Source: Candidatus Staskawiczbacteria bacterium RIFCSPHIGHO2_02_FULL_42_22 (lineage in GTDB: Bacteria; Patescibacteriota; Minisyncoccia; Minisyncoccales; Staskawiczbacteraceae). From it: 58,303 nt of DNA. The stretch covers positions 15,401 through 73,703 of the forward strand of contig MHOT01000018.1 in assembly GCA_001820175.1 (NCBI GenBank), read 5' to 3'. Position 1 is the stretch's first letter; each line of letters starts with the position of its first letter. Shown piece by piece: positions 29,565 to 38,761 of the stretch. The notes under the pieces were generated by a model. It saw only the letters and a program-made list of their open reading frames with translations. It searched no databases and was not told where the DNA came from. The translations under genes and the position numbers were made by a program.

Positions 29565-30350
29565 ATGACCATTATTCAAGCCATTATTTTAGGGGTTATT
29601 GAAGGCGTAACTGAATTTTTGCCCATTTCCTCTACAGGACATTTGATTTTAACCAGTAAGTTACTGGGGGTCAGCGACTCAAATTTTTTAAAAAGTTTTG
29701 AAATTACCATCCAATTTGGAGCGATTTTGGCGGTGGTGGTATTATACTGGAAAAGAATTATTTCCAGTAAGCAAATTTTCAAAAAAGTTTTTATTGCTTT
29801 TTTACCAACAGCGATTATTGGTTTTTTGCTCTATAAAATTCTAAAGCAGTACTTGCTTTCAAATGTGTATTTGGTGCTTTGGTCATTATTGGTTGGTGGC
29901 GCACTGCTTATTTTGTTTGAACTTTGGCACAAAAAGTACGGTCGCGTCGGCCTGGCTGAAGTTAGCCAGATTAGCGATAAAAAATCTTTTTTAACCGGAG
30001 TTTGGCAATCATTAGCTATTATTCCTGGGGTATCGCGCTCTGGCGCCACTATTGTCGGAGGATTGCTTATGGGAATCAGCCGCGAGGCCATTGTTGAATT
30101 TTCTTTTTTATTGGCTATTCCTACCATGGCCGCGGCCACCGGATATGATTTATTCAAAAGCGCCGGAAGCTTTTCTTTTAATGAATTCCATTTGCTGGCA
30201 ATAGGATTTATCACCTCTTTTTTGGTGGCCATGCTTGCAATCAAATGGTTTATTGGTTACATTAAAAACCACTCATTTATTTCATTTGGAATTTACCGTA
30301 TTATTATCGCTTTAGTTTTTTATCTCTTAATTTTTCAATTTAAGATTTAA
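29565..30350 (+). CDS. uppP: Undecaprenyl-diphosphatase
   Basis: GVIEGVTEFLPISSTGHL, IQFGAILAV, IPGVSRSGATI, EFSFLLAIP. Confidence 0.98.
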   Translation: MTIIQAIILGVIEGVTEFLPISSTGHLILTSKLLGVSDSNFLKSFEITIQFGAILAVVVLYWKRIISSKQIFKKVFIAFLPTAIIGFLLYKILKQYLLSNVYLVLWSLLVGGALLILFELWHKKYGRVGLAEVSQISDKKSFLTGVWQSLAIIPGVSRSGATIVGGLLMGISREAIVEFSFLLAIPTMAAATGYDLFKSAGSFSFNEFHLLAIGFITSFLVAMLAIKWFIGYIKNHSFISFGIYRIIIALVFYLLIFQFKI

Positions 30351-30354
30351 TTTT

Positions 30355-30438
30355 GGAGAGGTCGTATAGTGGCCATTACAATAGCTTGGAAAGCTATGAC
30401 CCGCAAGGGTCTCGTGGGTTCGAGTCCCACCCTCTCCG
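30355..30438 (+). tRNA. tRNA-Ser (GGA)
   Basis: Acceptor GGAGAGG/CCTCTCC, anticodon arm ATAGC-TTGGAAA-GCTAT, long variable arm GACCCGCAAGGGTC, T-loop GGTTCGAGTCC; CCA not encoded. Confidence 0.95.
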
Positions 30439-30458
30439 CAATTGAAAAGATATAAATA

Positions 30459-31118
30459 ATGATGAACTACCTAAAAATTTTATCATTCTTTAATAAGAGA
30501 AATAAGAGAAAATTTTTAAGAATAAATTACCAAGAAAAATTTGCTGGGGGAGTTTCAACATCTCCATTATTAATAGAAAGTGCGAAATTACTTTTAGAGC
30601 AATCTCGGCTCGAAAGTTCGACTACTTTTAAAGTAAAGAATAATCATTACTCTGAACATTTATTGGGTTGTATTATTTTAGCAACAGTTGCATTTGAAGC
30701 TTGGTTAAATGAACTTATCATTTCCCTATCTCAAGGGGATCAAGTTGAAAATATCAAGATAGATGATTTGGGATTAGATATTTTAGAAAAATACAGAAAA
30801 ATTTGTAAAAATTTTGAGATTGAATTTAATTCTATTAAAGTTCCTATTGTGCTGGTGGAGATAGTAAGCGCAAGAAATGAAATCACGCATTCTTATCTTT
30901 ACAATATGTTAAGAAATCCAAAACTAGAAAAACTTTCTAAATACATGGTTAACAATGGAAGGGTTTTAGGCAATCTCCTCGCCTCTTATGAGTTAGTCCA
31001 AAATATCTGTGTTTCGATAGCTAGATATGTTGAAGTGTTGAGAGAAGTAATACCAAAAAAAAGGGTATTCGGATTCTATGCTGCCGAAGTCGGGAAAAAT
31101 TTTTCAAATCTGCTTTAA
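30459..31118 (+). CDS. HEPN-like domain protein
   Basis: Helical pattern IILATVAFEAWLNE and an Rx4H motif RNEITH; AT-rich; 21 bp after the tRNA. Confidence 0.6.
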   Translation: MMNYLKILSFFNKRNKRKFLRINYQEKFAGGVSTSPLLIESAKLLLEQSRLESSTTFKVKNNHYSEHLLGCIILATVAFEAWLNELIISLSQGDQVENIKIDDLGLDILEKYRKICKNFEIEFNSIKVPIVLVEIVSARNEITHSYLYNMLRNPKLEKLSKYMVNNGRVLGNLLASYELVQNICVSIARYVEVLREVIPKKRVFGFYAAEVGKNFSNLL

Positions 31119-31275
31119 TCTTCATATTTTTAACTCTCGCCCTAGCCATTTCGGTATGAAAATTGTCGGCAATGCCGAATTTGTTCCTGAATTCTTAGTT
31201 CTAGTCATATATACAGCGGTATATAAAAAACCACGCGGTGAACTCTTGCCGCGTGGTATGTCTGATGACTACTTG

Positions 31276-32082
31276 TCATCCTGGGGGGATGGCCTTGGTC
31301 ATGTCAATCTGTTCGATTAATGTCCAGAGCTCATCGGTGCGGATTGCGATCGGGATGACGGCAATAAGTTCTGTCGTCCCCGTTTTTGTGAACCGTCGGA
31401 CTCCAACCTGAATTCCGATGACTTTGCCTGACGGACTTGCCATGATTGGCGCTCCGCTCTCGCCGTTGAGGACGGCAAGGTCGTGCTCGAACATCGGGCG
31501 CTTGGGAGTTTTTGATGTTGTACTGCCGTCGTAATCAAGCAGGCGGCGAACCACTCCGTGCCGGGTGACTGCCTCCGGGCTTTGTTGCTCACCGCCGAAC
31601 GTTGTGTAGTTGGGGAATCCCATCAAGATGATCTTCGCTCCCCTGAAATCCTCACCTGTATTGTTTTTTAGTAGGCGAAGCGGCGGAGCGAGTACATCCT
31701 TGGATGCCTCAAGTTCGAGCAGGGCGATGTCGGTGCTGTACGGATTTTTTCCGCCCTGGTCGGATTTGAAACCCTTGTGGATGTGTACCGATTTGACTTT
31801 CCTTAAAGTCCCTGTTTCGTTCTCCTGCACGATGATGGTTTCGGGTTTTTCCGCTTTTGAGGCGATGTGTGCCACAGTTGCCACCAGGGGCGGGTCGCGG
31901 CTGATGAGAAAACCCGTGCCATGCTCCCCGCCGACTCGGACCAGGAAAAGTGCCTTCTGGCTGCGCTCGCTGATCGTTTGGGTCTCGTCGGCACAGGCGA
32001 GATTCTCTGGTGTGTTTGCGGTGATGATGAGTGCCACCACCACGATTCCCACCGTCACGAAAGCCACTTTCTTGTGCGTCAT
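31276..32082 (-). CDS. Secreted trypsin-like (S1) serine protease
   Basis: Signal peptide; GTGFLI, TVAHI (His), DIALLEL (Asp), GESGAPI (Ser); visibly GC-richer than flanks. Confidence 0.88.
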   Translation of the reverse strand: MTHKKVAFVTVGIVVVALIITANTPENLACADETQTISERSQKALFLVRVGGEHGTGFLISRDPPLVATVAHIASKAEKPETIIVQENETGTLRKVKSVHIHKGFKSDQGGKNPYSTDIALLELEASKDVLAPPLRLLKNNTGEDFRGAKIILMGFPNYTTFGGEQQSPEAVTRHGVVRRLLDYDGSTTSKTPKRPMFEHDLAVLNGESGAPIMASPSGKVIGIQVGVRRFTKTGTTELIAVIPIAIRTDELWTLIEQIDMTKAIPPG

Positions 32083-32291
32083 AGAAATTCCCCTTTTGAC
32101 AGGTGTTTTTGAGGTCTGCTATCTCACTTCAGTGAGACGAGCATTTTAGAAACCAACTATTTGGCATCCAAAATGCTCGTCTCAGTTATCTCGGTTATTG
32201 TTAAGGAGCAATTGGGTCGTGTTTATTCTAATGCATAATTGTTATATGTCAATGAATAGTATTATGAATTTGGTGAATAATAACTCTTCCG

Positions 32292-32365
32292 TGTCATCCC
32301 CGCCAAAGCCCAGGATCCAGGATTTCACGTAAAAACGCTAGATTCCCGCTTTCGCGGGAATGACA
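32292..32365. repeat. GTCAT(T)CCCGC/GCGGGAATGAC palindrome containing an exact dRS3-type 20-mer
   Basis: ATTCCC-GCTTTCGC-GGGAAT at 32342-32361. Confidence 0.75.
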
Positions 32366-32466
32366 ATAAGAGTGGCATTTGGTGTTATTTACCAATCTTA
32401 TTGTATAATATTGGTTTGGAAAGAGATTAGTTTTTCTTATTCTATTTTTTAGGTTATTATGGAAAT

Positions 32467-32895
32467 ATGGAACATCAAAAAGAACTACGCCCTAAAGTTG
32501 GTATTGGGGTTATTGTGGTCAAGGATGGTAAAATTCTTTTGGGTAAGCGGAAAAATTCGCATGGTGATGGGGAATACGCAGGAACCGGCGGGCATGTGGA
32601 ATACATGGAATCATTTGAGGAATGTGCCAAGCGCGAGACCCTGGAAGAAGCCGGCATTGAAATTGAAAATATCCGGTTTTTGTGTTTGGTGAATGTAAAG
32701 GACTATGCACCAAAACACTATGTTGATATAGGGCTAGTCGCTGATTGGAAAAGCGGCCAACCAACGGTATTGGAGCCAGACAAATTAGAGGGTTGGGATT
32801 GGTATGATGTTGATAACTTGCCAAGTCCGTTGTTTGGCATGATTCCAAATTACATTGAGGCCTACAAGACCGGCCGACATTTTTGGGATAACTGA
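32467..32895 (+). CDS. Nudix hydrolase (NUDT15/MutT-like)
   Basis: Nudix box GGHVEYMESFEECAKRETLEEAG. Confidence 0.93.
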   Translation: MEHQKELRPKVGIGVIVVKDGKILLGKRKNSHGDGEYAGTGGHVEYMESFEECAKRETLEEAGIEIENIRFLCLVNVKDYAPKHYVDIGLVADWKSGQPTVLEPDKLEGWDWYDVDNLPSPLFGMIPNYIEAYKTGRHFWDN

Positions 32896-32908
32896 AAATC
32901 ATTATTCT

Positions 32909-32998
32909 GTCATTGCGAGGAGCCCTAAGCCGCGCCGAAGGGCGACGAAGCAATCTAAAGTTGTCAGGGGATTGCTTCGGTTGTGACCTCGCAATGAC
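32909..32998. repeat. Family D palindrome
   Basis: GTCATTGCGAGG...CCTCGCAATGAC. Confidence 0.92.
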
Positions 32999-33017
32999 GA
33001 AGAAAAGAGATTGAAAT

Positions 33018-33584
33018 ATGAAAAAAATTTTCAAAATTCTCTACGCCATATTTTTTATCCTCTTGGCCTTAGTGTTGTTTAAGTTTTTTATTATTTTGCT
33101 GGCGATAGCGCTGCTTTTGCTATGGTTGCGCACTTTTCAAATGAAAAAAGAACCAAACCAGCAAGAGTTTTTACTGGGTAAATTGCCTAATCCGAGGCCC
33201 GATGGATTTTACCGGGGCGATGTGGGATTTAAAACTTCTTGGGTTGGTAAAACATTTAATGCAGAAAACTTAACCGGGATTAATGTATTTGAGGGCAAAA
33301 AGAAATCCTTTTTTGCGTCTATCTTTGCCCATTCTTTCGAAAATCAAACAGTTAAGATAGAAAAGGAAAAATACCCCTTTAAAACCTACGTTAGTAATGG
33401 GTTATTTGACCAGCACTTGTTGGTGTTAAAAATTGATTATAATGTGAAGAGCAATCCCTTCTGGATTAAATGGGTATTGGATGAAATTGTGGAAGTCGCT
33501 CCTAATACCTTTTTAGGAAAGGCACATCTTAGAATTATTCCCGGTTTTCCGTTTAGTGTATTGTATTTTGAGCTTAAAAGATAA
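33018..33584 (+). CDS. Hypothetical membrane-anchored protein
   Basis: Two N-terminal hydrophobic segments; soluble domain with WVGKTF, KIDYN...NP, DEIVEV.P..FLGK. Confidence 0.75.
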   Translation: MKKIFKILYAIFFILLALVLFKFFIILLAIALLLLWLRTFQMKKEPNQQEFLLGKLPNPRPDGFYRGDVGFKTSWVGKTFNAENLTGINVFEGKKKSFFASIFAHSFENQTVKIEKEKYPFKTYVSNGLFDQHLLVLKIDYNVKSNPFWIKWVLDEIVEVAPNTFLGKAHLRIIPGFPFSVLYFELKR

Positions 33585-33712
33585 GCGATCCGAATAATCC
33601 GAATTTGCATCCGAATGTTCCGAATAACGAGATTGCTTCGGGCCTGTTGGCCCTCGCAATGACGGCGTAAATTCGGATTATTCGGATGAAGATTCGGATT
33701 ATTCGGATCGCT
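33584..33712. repeat. Family E (TCCGAAT-unit) palindrome with a nested family D right half
   Basis: AGCGATCCGAAT...ATTCGGATCGCT; D half at ~33628-33664; relative at 48085-48177. Confidence 0.85.
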
Positions 33713-33720
33713 CTATAAAA

Positions 33721-35262
33721 ATGATTTTAACCAAAACTGACTATCTTATCTGGCGGGAGTGCAAGAAAAATGTCTGGCTGAAACTTCACAAGCCCGAGAT
33801 TTATGATGCAAAGGAACTTTCTGAATTTGAACAGCAAATCATTGAAACGGGAAACGAAGTTGAATTGGTGGCCCGTAAATTATTCCCCAGAGGGTTTTTG
33901 GTTGAGGGTAGGGGAGATGAGGCCCGGCAAATAACCCAGGATTTAATTGCTAAAAAGAAAGAGGCAATTTTTCAGGCAAATTTTTTGCGTGACAATCTAA
34001 ATGCCGCTGTGGACATATTAGAATTAAATTCCGATGGCAGTTATACTATTTACGAAGTAAAATCCACCACCGATGTTGATAAGAAAACTCACTACCATGA
34101 TTTGGCGTTTCAAGTAAATTTACTGGAGAAATTTGATTTGGATATTACCAAGGCGTACGTCATTCATTTAAATTCCGAATACGTTCGCCAGGGGCCCATT
34201 GAAATATCTAAGCTTTTTCATGTAGAAGACGTTACTGAAACTGTGAAAGCAATTGCCTGGACGGTGGGAAAGGAAATGACGTTTGCATTAAAATATATAG
34301 AGCAAGAAAATGAACCCTTTGGCCACTGTGATTGCGTATATAAAGGTAGGTCAAACCACTGTGCCACCTTTGCCTATTCAAATCCCGGTGTGCCCGAGTA
34401 CGGCGTGCATGATATTTCTAGGATCGGACTCAGTAAGCTAAAGCTTCAAGAAATGATTGATGTGAACATCTTTGAATTTAAAGATATCCCCAGCCATATT
34501 GAATTTTCTCTGACTCAAAAAAACCAGATTGAAGTATATAGGGAAGATAAAACGCTCATTGATCCGCCAACTATTAAAAAAGAACTGGACTCGCTTATTT
34601 TCCCCTTATATTTTTTGGATTACGAAACGTTTCCCTGCGCCATTCCGCGCTTTGACGGGTTTTCGCCCTACCAGCAAATTCCGTTTCAATATTCGCTATA
34701 TGTTTTAGAGTCATCCGAGGCCCGACGTCGGATAGCTATCCGACGTCGGGCCTCGGATGACTCGGATGATTTACGTGATGAATTAAAGCACTTCGAATTT
34801 ATATTTACCGAAAAAACCGATCCAACGGCGGACTTTGTAAATTCCTTGAAAAAAGATATTGGCGACGAGGGCAGTATTATTGTTTGGAATAAAGGGTTTG
34901 AATGTAAAATAAATAACGAAATTGCCGCGCGTTTGCCGGAATACAAATTATTCATCGATGCGGTAAATAGCAGGGTGTATGATTTAATGAATATATTTTC
35001 AAAACAATTATATGTTCACAGGGACTTTCGGGGCAAGGTCTCCATCAAAAATGTGTTGCCGGTGCTGGTTCCGGAATTAAGTTATAAAGATTTGGAAATT
35101 AAAGAAGGGGGGAGCGCCAGTCGGAAGTGGAACGAAATGATTCAAGGTGGGTTAAGCCCAGAGCAAAAACAAAAAATTATTCAAGATCTAAAGACGTATT
35201 GCGGACTCGATACGTATGCGATGTACGCCATCTGGAAACATTTATATGAATTAATCCATTAA
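33721..35262 (+). CDS. DUF2779-family protein (PD-(D/E)xK nuclease-like + RNase H-like domain)
   Basis: VDILEL...IYEVKS; LYFLDYETF..AIPRFDGFSPYQQIPFQYSL; YCGLDTYAM. Confidence 0.85.
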   Translation: MILTKTDYLIWRECKKNVWLKLHKPEIYDAKELSEFEQQIIETGNEVELVARKLFPRGFLVEGRGDEARQITQDLIAKKKEAIFQANFLRDNLNAAVDILELNSDGSYTIYEVKSTTDVDKKTHYHDLAFQVNLLEKFDLDITKAYVIHLNSEYVRQGPIEISKLFHVEDVTETVKAIAWTVGKEMTFALKYIEQENEPFGHCDCVYKGRSNHCATFAYSNPGVPEYGVHDISRIGLSKLKLQEMIDVNIFEFKDIPSHIEFSLTQKNQIEVYREDKTLIDPPTIKKELDSLIFPLYFLDYETFPCAIPRFDGFSPYQQIPFQYSLYVLESSEARRRIAIRRRASDDSDDLRDELKHFEFIFTEKTDPTADFVNSLKKDIGDEGSIIVWNKGFECKINNEIAARLPEYKLFIDAVNSRVYDLMNIFSKQLYVHRDFRGKVSIKNVLPVLVPELSYKDLEIKEGGSASRKWNEMIQGGLSPEQKQKIIQDLKTYCGLDTYAMYAIWKHLYELIH

Positions 35263-35355
35263 AAAAGTTATGCACTCTATTTATTTTTTTGACGGTTGTT
35301 ATAATAAAGTAAAGGCCGAAGAAAAAATAAAAATAAAAATAATTTTACTAATACC

Positions 35356-35406
35356 ATGCCAGCAAAAAAGAAAAAAGCAAAAGCAGGAAAAAAGAAAAAG
35401 AGATAA
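35356..35406 (+). CDS. Candidate 16-aa Lys-rich peptide MPAKKKKAKAGKKKKR
   Basis: ATG..TAA in frame, followed by a hairpin; below the ORF-track cutoff. Confidence 0.45.
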   Translation: MPAKKKKAKAGKKKKR

Positions 35407-35464
35407 TTTCTTTGTCAAAGAATCGGCTTTCTTTGAATGACCGATTTTTTGATGAAAAAAGTAT

Positions 35465-36388
35465 ATGAAAGCAATTCAAATAAATAAACATGGCAATAGT
35501 GATGTGCTGGAAATGGTAGATATTGAAAAACCAAAGCCGGGGCCAGGCCAGGTGCTTATTGAAGTACATGCTTCGTGCGTTAACCCTATTGATATTAAAA
35601 TTATGGAAGGCGCCATACCCGTAAAGTTTCCTTTTACATTGGGAAGTGATGTATCGGGGGTGGTAGTAGAAATTGATGAAGGTGTGGAAAATATAAATGT
35701 GGGGGATAAGGTGTATGGTTCGGCCATTGTCTTGGCGGGGGCCACTGGCGCCTTTGCAGAATTTACGGCAGTGCCGGCTGCGCTGGTGGCTCCCATACCG
35801 AAGAATACGAGCTTTAATGAAGCGGCCGCGGCGGTGTTAACTGGGGCTAGCGCCCTGCAGGCCTTGGCAGAGCACATGAATTTGCAGGCGGGCCAACGAT
35901 TATTAATTCATGGCGGCGCCGGCGGCATCGGCACCATGGCCATTCAAATTGCTAAAAAATTGGGGGCATACGTGGCAACCACGGCAGCCGAAGATGAAGT
36001 GGATTATGCAAAGAATTTGGGAACCGATTACGTCATTAACTATAACACTCAATCATTCGAGGATATGATTTCCGGTTACGATGCGGTGCTTGATACCGTG
36101 GGGCAAGAAACCTATAAAAAATCATTTCAGGTTCTAAAAAAGGGAGGCATGATTGTTTCTATGATTGAAAAACCTAATGAAGATTTAATGAAGCAATATG
36201 GCGTAACCGCCATTTCACAGTTTACTAAAGTAACAACAGAGCATCTTATGATGCTAAGTAAATATATTGAAAGGGGCGACGTAAGGGTGTATATTGATAG
36301 AGTATTTCCTTTGGACAATATTAAAGAGGCCTTCTTGGCAAAAGAACAAGGGCGTGTAAAAGGAAAAATCGTTATTCAAATTAAGTAA
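35465..36388 (+). CDS. NADPH:quinone reductase / MDR-family oxidoreductase
   Basis: VLIEVHASCVNPID, TLGSDVSGVV, LIHGGAGGIGTMAIQIAK, GKIVI. Confidence 0.92.
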   Translation: MKAIQINKHGNSDVLEMVDIEKPKPGPGQVLIEVHASCVNPIDIKIMEGAIPVKFPFTLGSDVSGVVVEIDEGVENINVGDKVYGSAIVLAGATGAFAEFTAVPAALVAPIPKNTSFNEAAAAVLTGASALQALAEHMNLQAGQRLLIHGGAGGIGTMAIQIAKKLGAYVATTAAEDEVDYAKNLGTDYVINYNTQSFEDMISGYDAVLDTVGQETYKKSFQVLKKGGMIVSMIEKPNEDLMKQYGVTAISQFTKVTTEHLMMLSKYIERGDVRVYIDRVFPLDNIKEAFLAKEQGRVKGKIVIQIK

Positions 36389-36477
36389 TGCGATGCCAAT
36401 ATGCAAATGCATACTAATGATGCGAATAACGTTTCCGCATTAGTATTATTAGCATGAATTAGTATATTAGCATCGCA
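36389..36477. repeat. Family F palindrome
   Basis: TGCGATGCCAATAT...ATATTAGCATCGCA. Confidence 0.85.
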
Positions 36478-36484
36478 CTCAACC

Positions 36485-36679
36485 ATGGAACCGGAAACCC
36501 AAAAAATTATATCATTGCTTGAAGATCTAGTACAATCACAAAAGGCCAACCAGGCCGCTATGGTAGAAATGACTCGCAAGGATAAAAAATATAAAAAAGT
36601 TATCGGAGGATTGCTTATTGTTGTGTTAGTGTCTTTTTTGTATGCAATCGTGATATCATTGTTGTATTATTATAAATAG
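36485..36679 (+). CDS. Small C-terminally anchored hypothetical protein
   Basis: 64 aa with one TM; stop codon TAG coincides with the first bases of a family A element. Confidence 0.6.
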   Translation: MEPETQKIISLLEDLVQSQKANQAAMVEMTRKDKKYKKVIGGLLIVVLVSFLYAIVISLLYYYK

Positions 36680-36954
36680 ACCTGTTGCGTATTAAGGATT
36701 GTCGCGAAAATTACAGATTTTGAGCTGGAAATTTGATAGAATTTTTCGGCTTGCCCTCTGGGCCCGGAGATGGGGAAATTTGTTGCTACAAATTTACCCA
36801 CATCTTGACCGAAAAATTATAATTTGCTAAGCGAGAGAGAAAAAGAAGAATAGCAATTATTCTTTTTCGAACGAGCGACAAATTATACTAGGTATAGCAA
36901 ATTTCTGGCCAAAATATGCAATTTGCAGCAAATCCTTAATACGCAACAGGTCTA
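36677..36954. mobile_element. Family A element (278 bp), opposite orientation to the 16009 copy
   Basis: Same TIRs and internal modules. Confidence 0.9.
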
Positions 36955-36960
36955 ATAAAT

Positions 36961-37090
36961 CCCGCGGAAATCCGCGGAAATTAACGCAGAACCGCGCGGA
37001 AAGATTCCGCGTTATTCCGGAGACGGAGCGAATTGGTTGTGACCAATTACGCTTCGCGTCTTAACGTAATATTCCGCATAATTCTGCGAT
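36961..37090. repeat. Family G (CGCGGAA-unit) palindrome carrying the 45-bp hairpin module at 37020-37064
   Basis: CGCGGAAA units left, TTCCGC units right; module visible inside. Confidence 0.8.
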
Positions 37091-37097
37091 CAAAACC

Positions 37098-37958
37098 ATG
37101 GAACAGGAAAATAAAACAACACATACTATAGAAGTCGCTCCCTCGCTGGAAACTACCCATACGTTAGATTTATCGGACAAGTTGTACAAAGTAATGCTCG
37201 GATTGATTGCCCTGGCCGTCGTGTTTGGCGCAGGGGAATTATTGTATCAATTCAGGTCGCTTCCCCAAAATATGCCGCGAGAAATCATGGTAAGCGGAGA
37301 GGGCAAGGCCTATGCCAAGCCCGATGTTGCTATGGTGAATTTTGGCGTGACGACGGAGGCCAAAAAGAGCCAGGATGCGGTTAATCAAAACAATGAAAAA
37401 ATGAATACGGTCATAAAAGCAATAAAGGACTTAGGGGTGGTAGACCAAGATATCCAAACCACCCTGTATAATTTAACTCCCATGTATGACTATCCAGGTG
37501 TTGCCTTGCCTATGGATTCCGGAAGGGGAGAAGGCGCTTCTTTTCCGGTGTATGGCAGTGGTAGCAGGGTGTTAACCGGTTATTTATTAGAGCAACAGGT
37601 ATCGGTGAAAATACGGAATTTCGATAGCATTAATGCCATCATAGACCAGGCAACGGCCAAGGGCGCCACCAACGTTGGCAGCTTATGGTTTACTATTGAT
37701 AATCCGGAAAAAGTGCAAGCCGAGGCGCGGGCCATGGCTATTGCTAAAGCCAAAGAAAAATTACAGAACATGGCAAAGGCATCGGGCTTGAGTGTCGGTA
37801 AATTAGTGAATATTTCCGAGGGCTATAATAACTACCCACAGCCCATGTATGCCGAAGGTTTTGGCGGCGCCAAGGACTCGACAAGCGTTGCTCCCCAAAT
37901 AGAGGCTGGCCAGCAAGAAGTGAACGCGACAGTGACGTTAACGTACCAGATAAGATAA
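37098..37958 (+). CDS. SIMPL domain (DUF541/BP26) protein
   Basis: IMVSGEGKAYAKPDVAMVNFGV, AIAKAKEK, GQQEVNATVTLTYQI. Confidence 0.92.
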   Translation: MEQENKTTHTIEVAPSLETTHTLDLSDKLYKVMLGLIALAVVFGAGELLYQFRSLPQNMPREIMVSGEGKAYAKPDVAMVNFGVTTEAKKSQDAVNQNNEKMNTVIKAIKDLGVVDQDIQTTLYNLTPMYDYPGVALPMDSGRGEGASFPVYGSGSRVLTGYLLEQQVSVKIRNFDSINAIIDQATAKGATNVGSLWFTIDNPEKVQAEARAMAIAKAKEKLQNMAKASGLSVGKLVNISEGYNNYPQPMYAEGFGGAKDSTSVAPQIEAGQQEVNATVTLTYQIR

Positions 37959-38044
37959 CGAAATCCTAAACTCTAAATCCTAAACTCTAAACCTTTTAGA
38001 ATTTAGTGTTTTGAATTTAGAATTTCTTTTGCTTCGCAAAAGCT

Positions 38045-38452
38045 ATGGATTGCATATTCTGCAAAATTGTAAGCGGCGAAATTGACTCGGCCAAGGTTTT
38101 TGAAGACGAACACGTTTTGGCATTTTTGGATGTAAATCCCAATACCCGTGGGCATTGCCTGGTTATTCCCAAGATACATGTTGAGGATATTTTTGATATC
38201 AGTGAAGATGTGTTGCAAAAAGTTATTGTTGTGGGCAGAGCCCTCGCTATAAAAATGAAAGATGCTTTAAATGCAGACGGAGTGCATTTGAGTAATAATA
38301 ACGGTATCCATGCCGGACAAATTGTTCATCATTTTCACTTGCATGTGATCCCGAGGTATAAAGACGATGCTTTGGTGATGTATGGCCCTCGCCCCGACAA
38401 TAGCGCAGACATGGAAGAGCTCAAAAAACTGGCAAAAGAAATTAGCGGTTAG
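38045..38452 (+). CDS. HIT family protein
   Basis: DCIFCKI, AFLDVNP..GHCLVIPK, HFHLHVIPR. Confidence 0.95.
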   Translation: MDCIFCKIVSGEIDSAKVFEDEHVLAFLDVNPNTRGHCLVIPKIHVEDIFDISEDVLQKVIVVGRALAIKMKDALNADGVHLSNNNGIHAGQIVHHFHLHVIPRYKDDALVMYGPRPDNSADMEELKKLAKEISG

Positions 38453-38761
38453 GTTTTCTATTCAAAACCAAAAAATCAGCGCACGCTGATTTTTGGTTTT
38501 AGGAAATCGATGAGGTTTGATTTTTCAGGGATTTGTGGTAATATACAGTTAATTTGAAATTTTAAATTTATCCCGATGGCAAGCCATCGAGGACCCACGA
38601 TAAAATCGAGGCAATTTGAAATCAATTTAAATTTGTTAAATATTTAAAAACGTCAACATTTTGCGTTGTCGAAATATTGACACTTACTTATTGAAAATTG
38701 AAAATTGAAAATTGAAAATTCAATTTTAAACTAAGTTTAAAATTGCTATGGACTTTCAACC

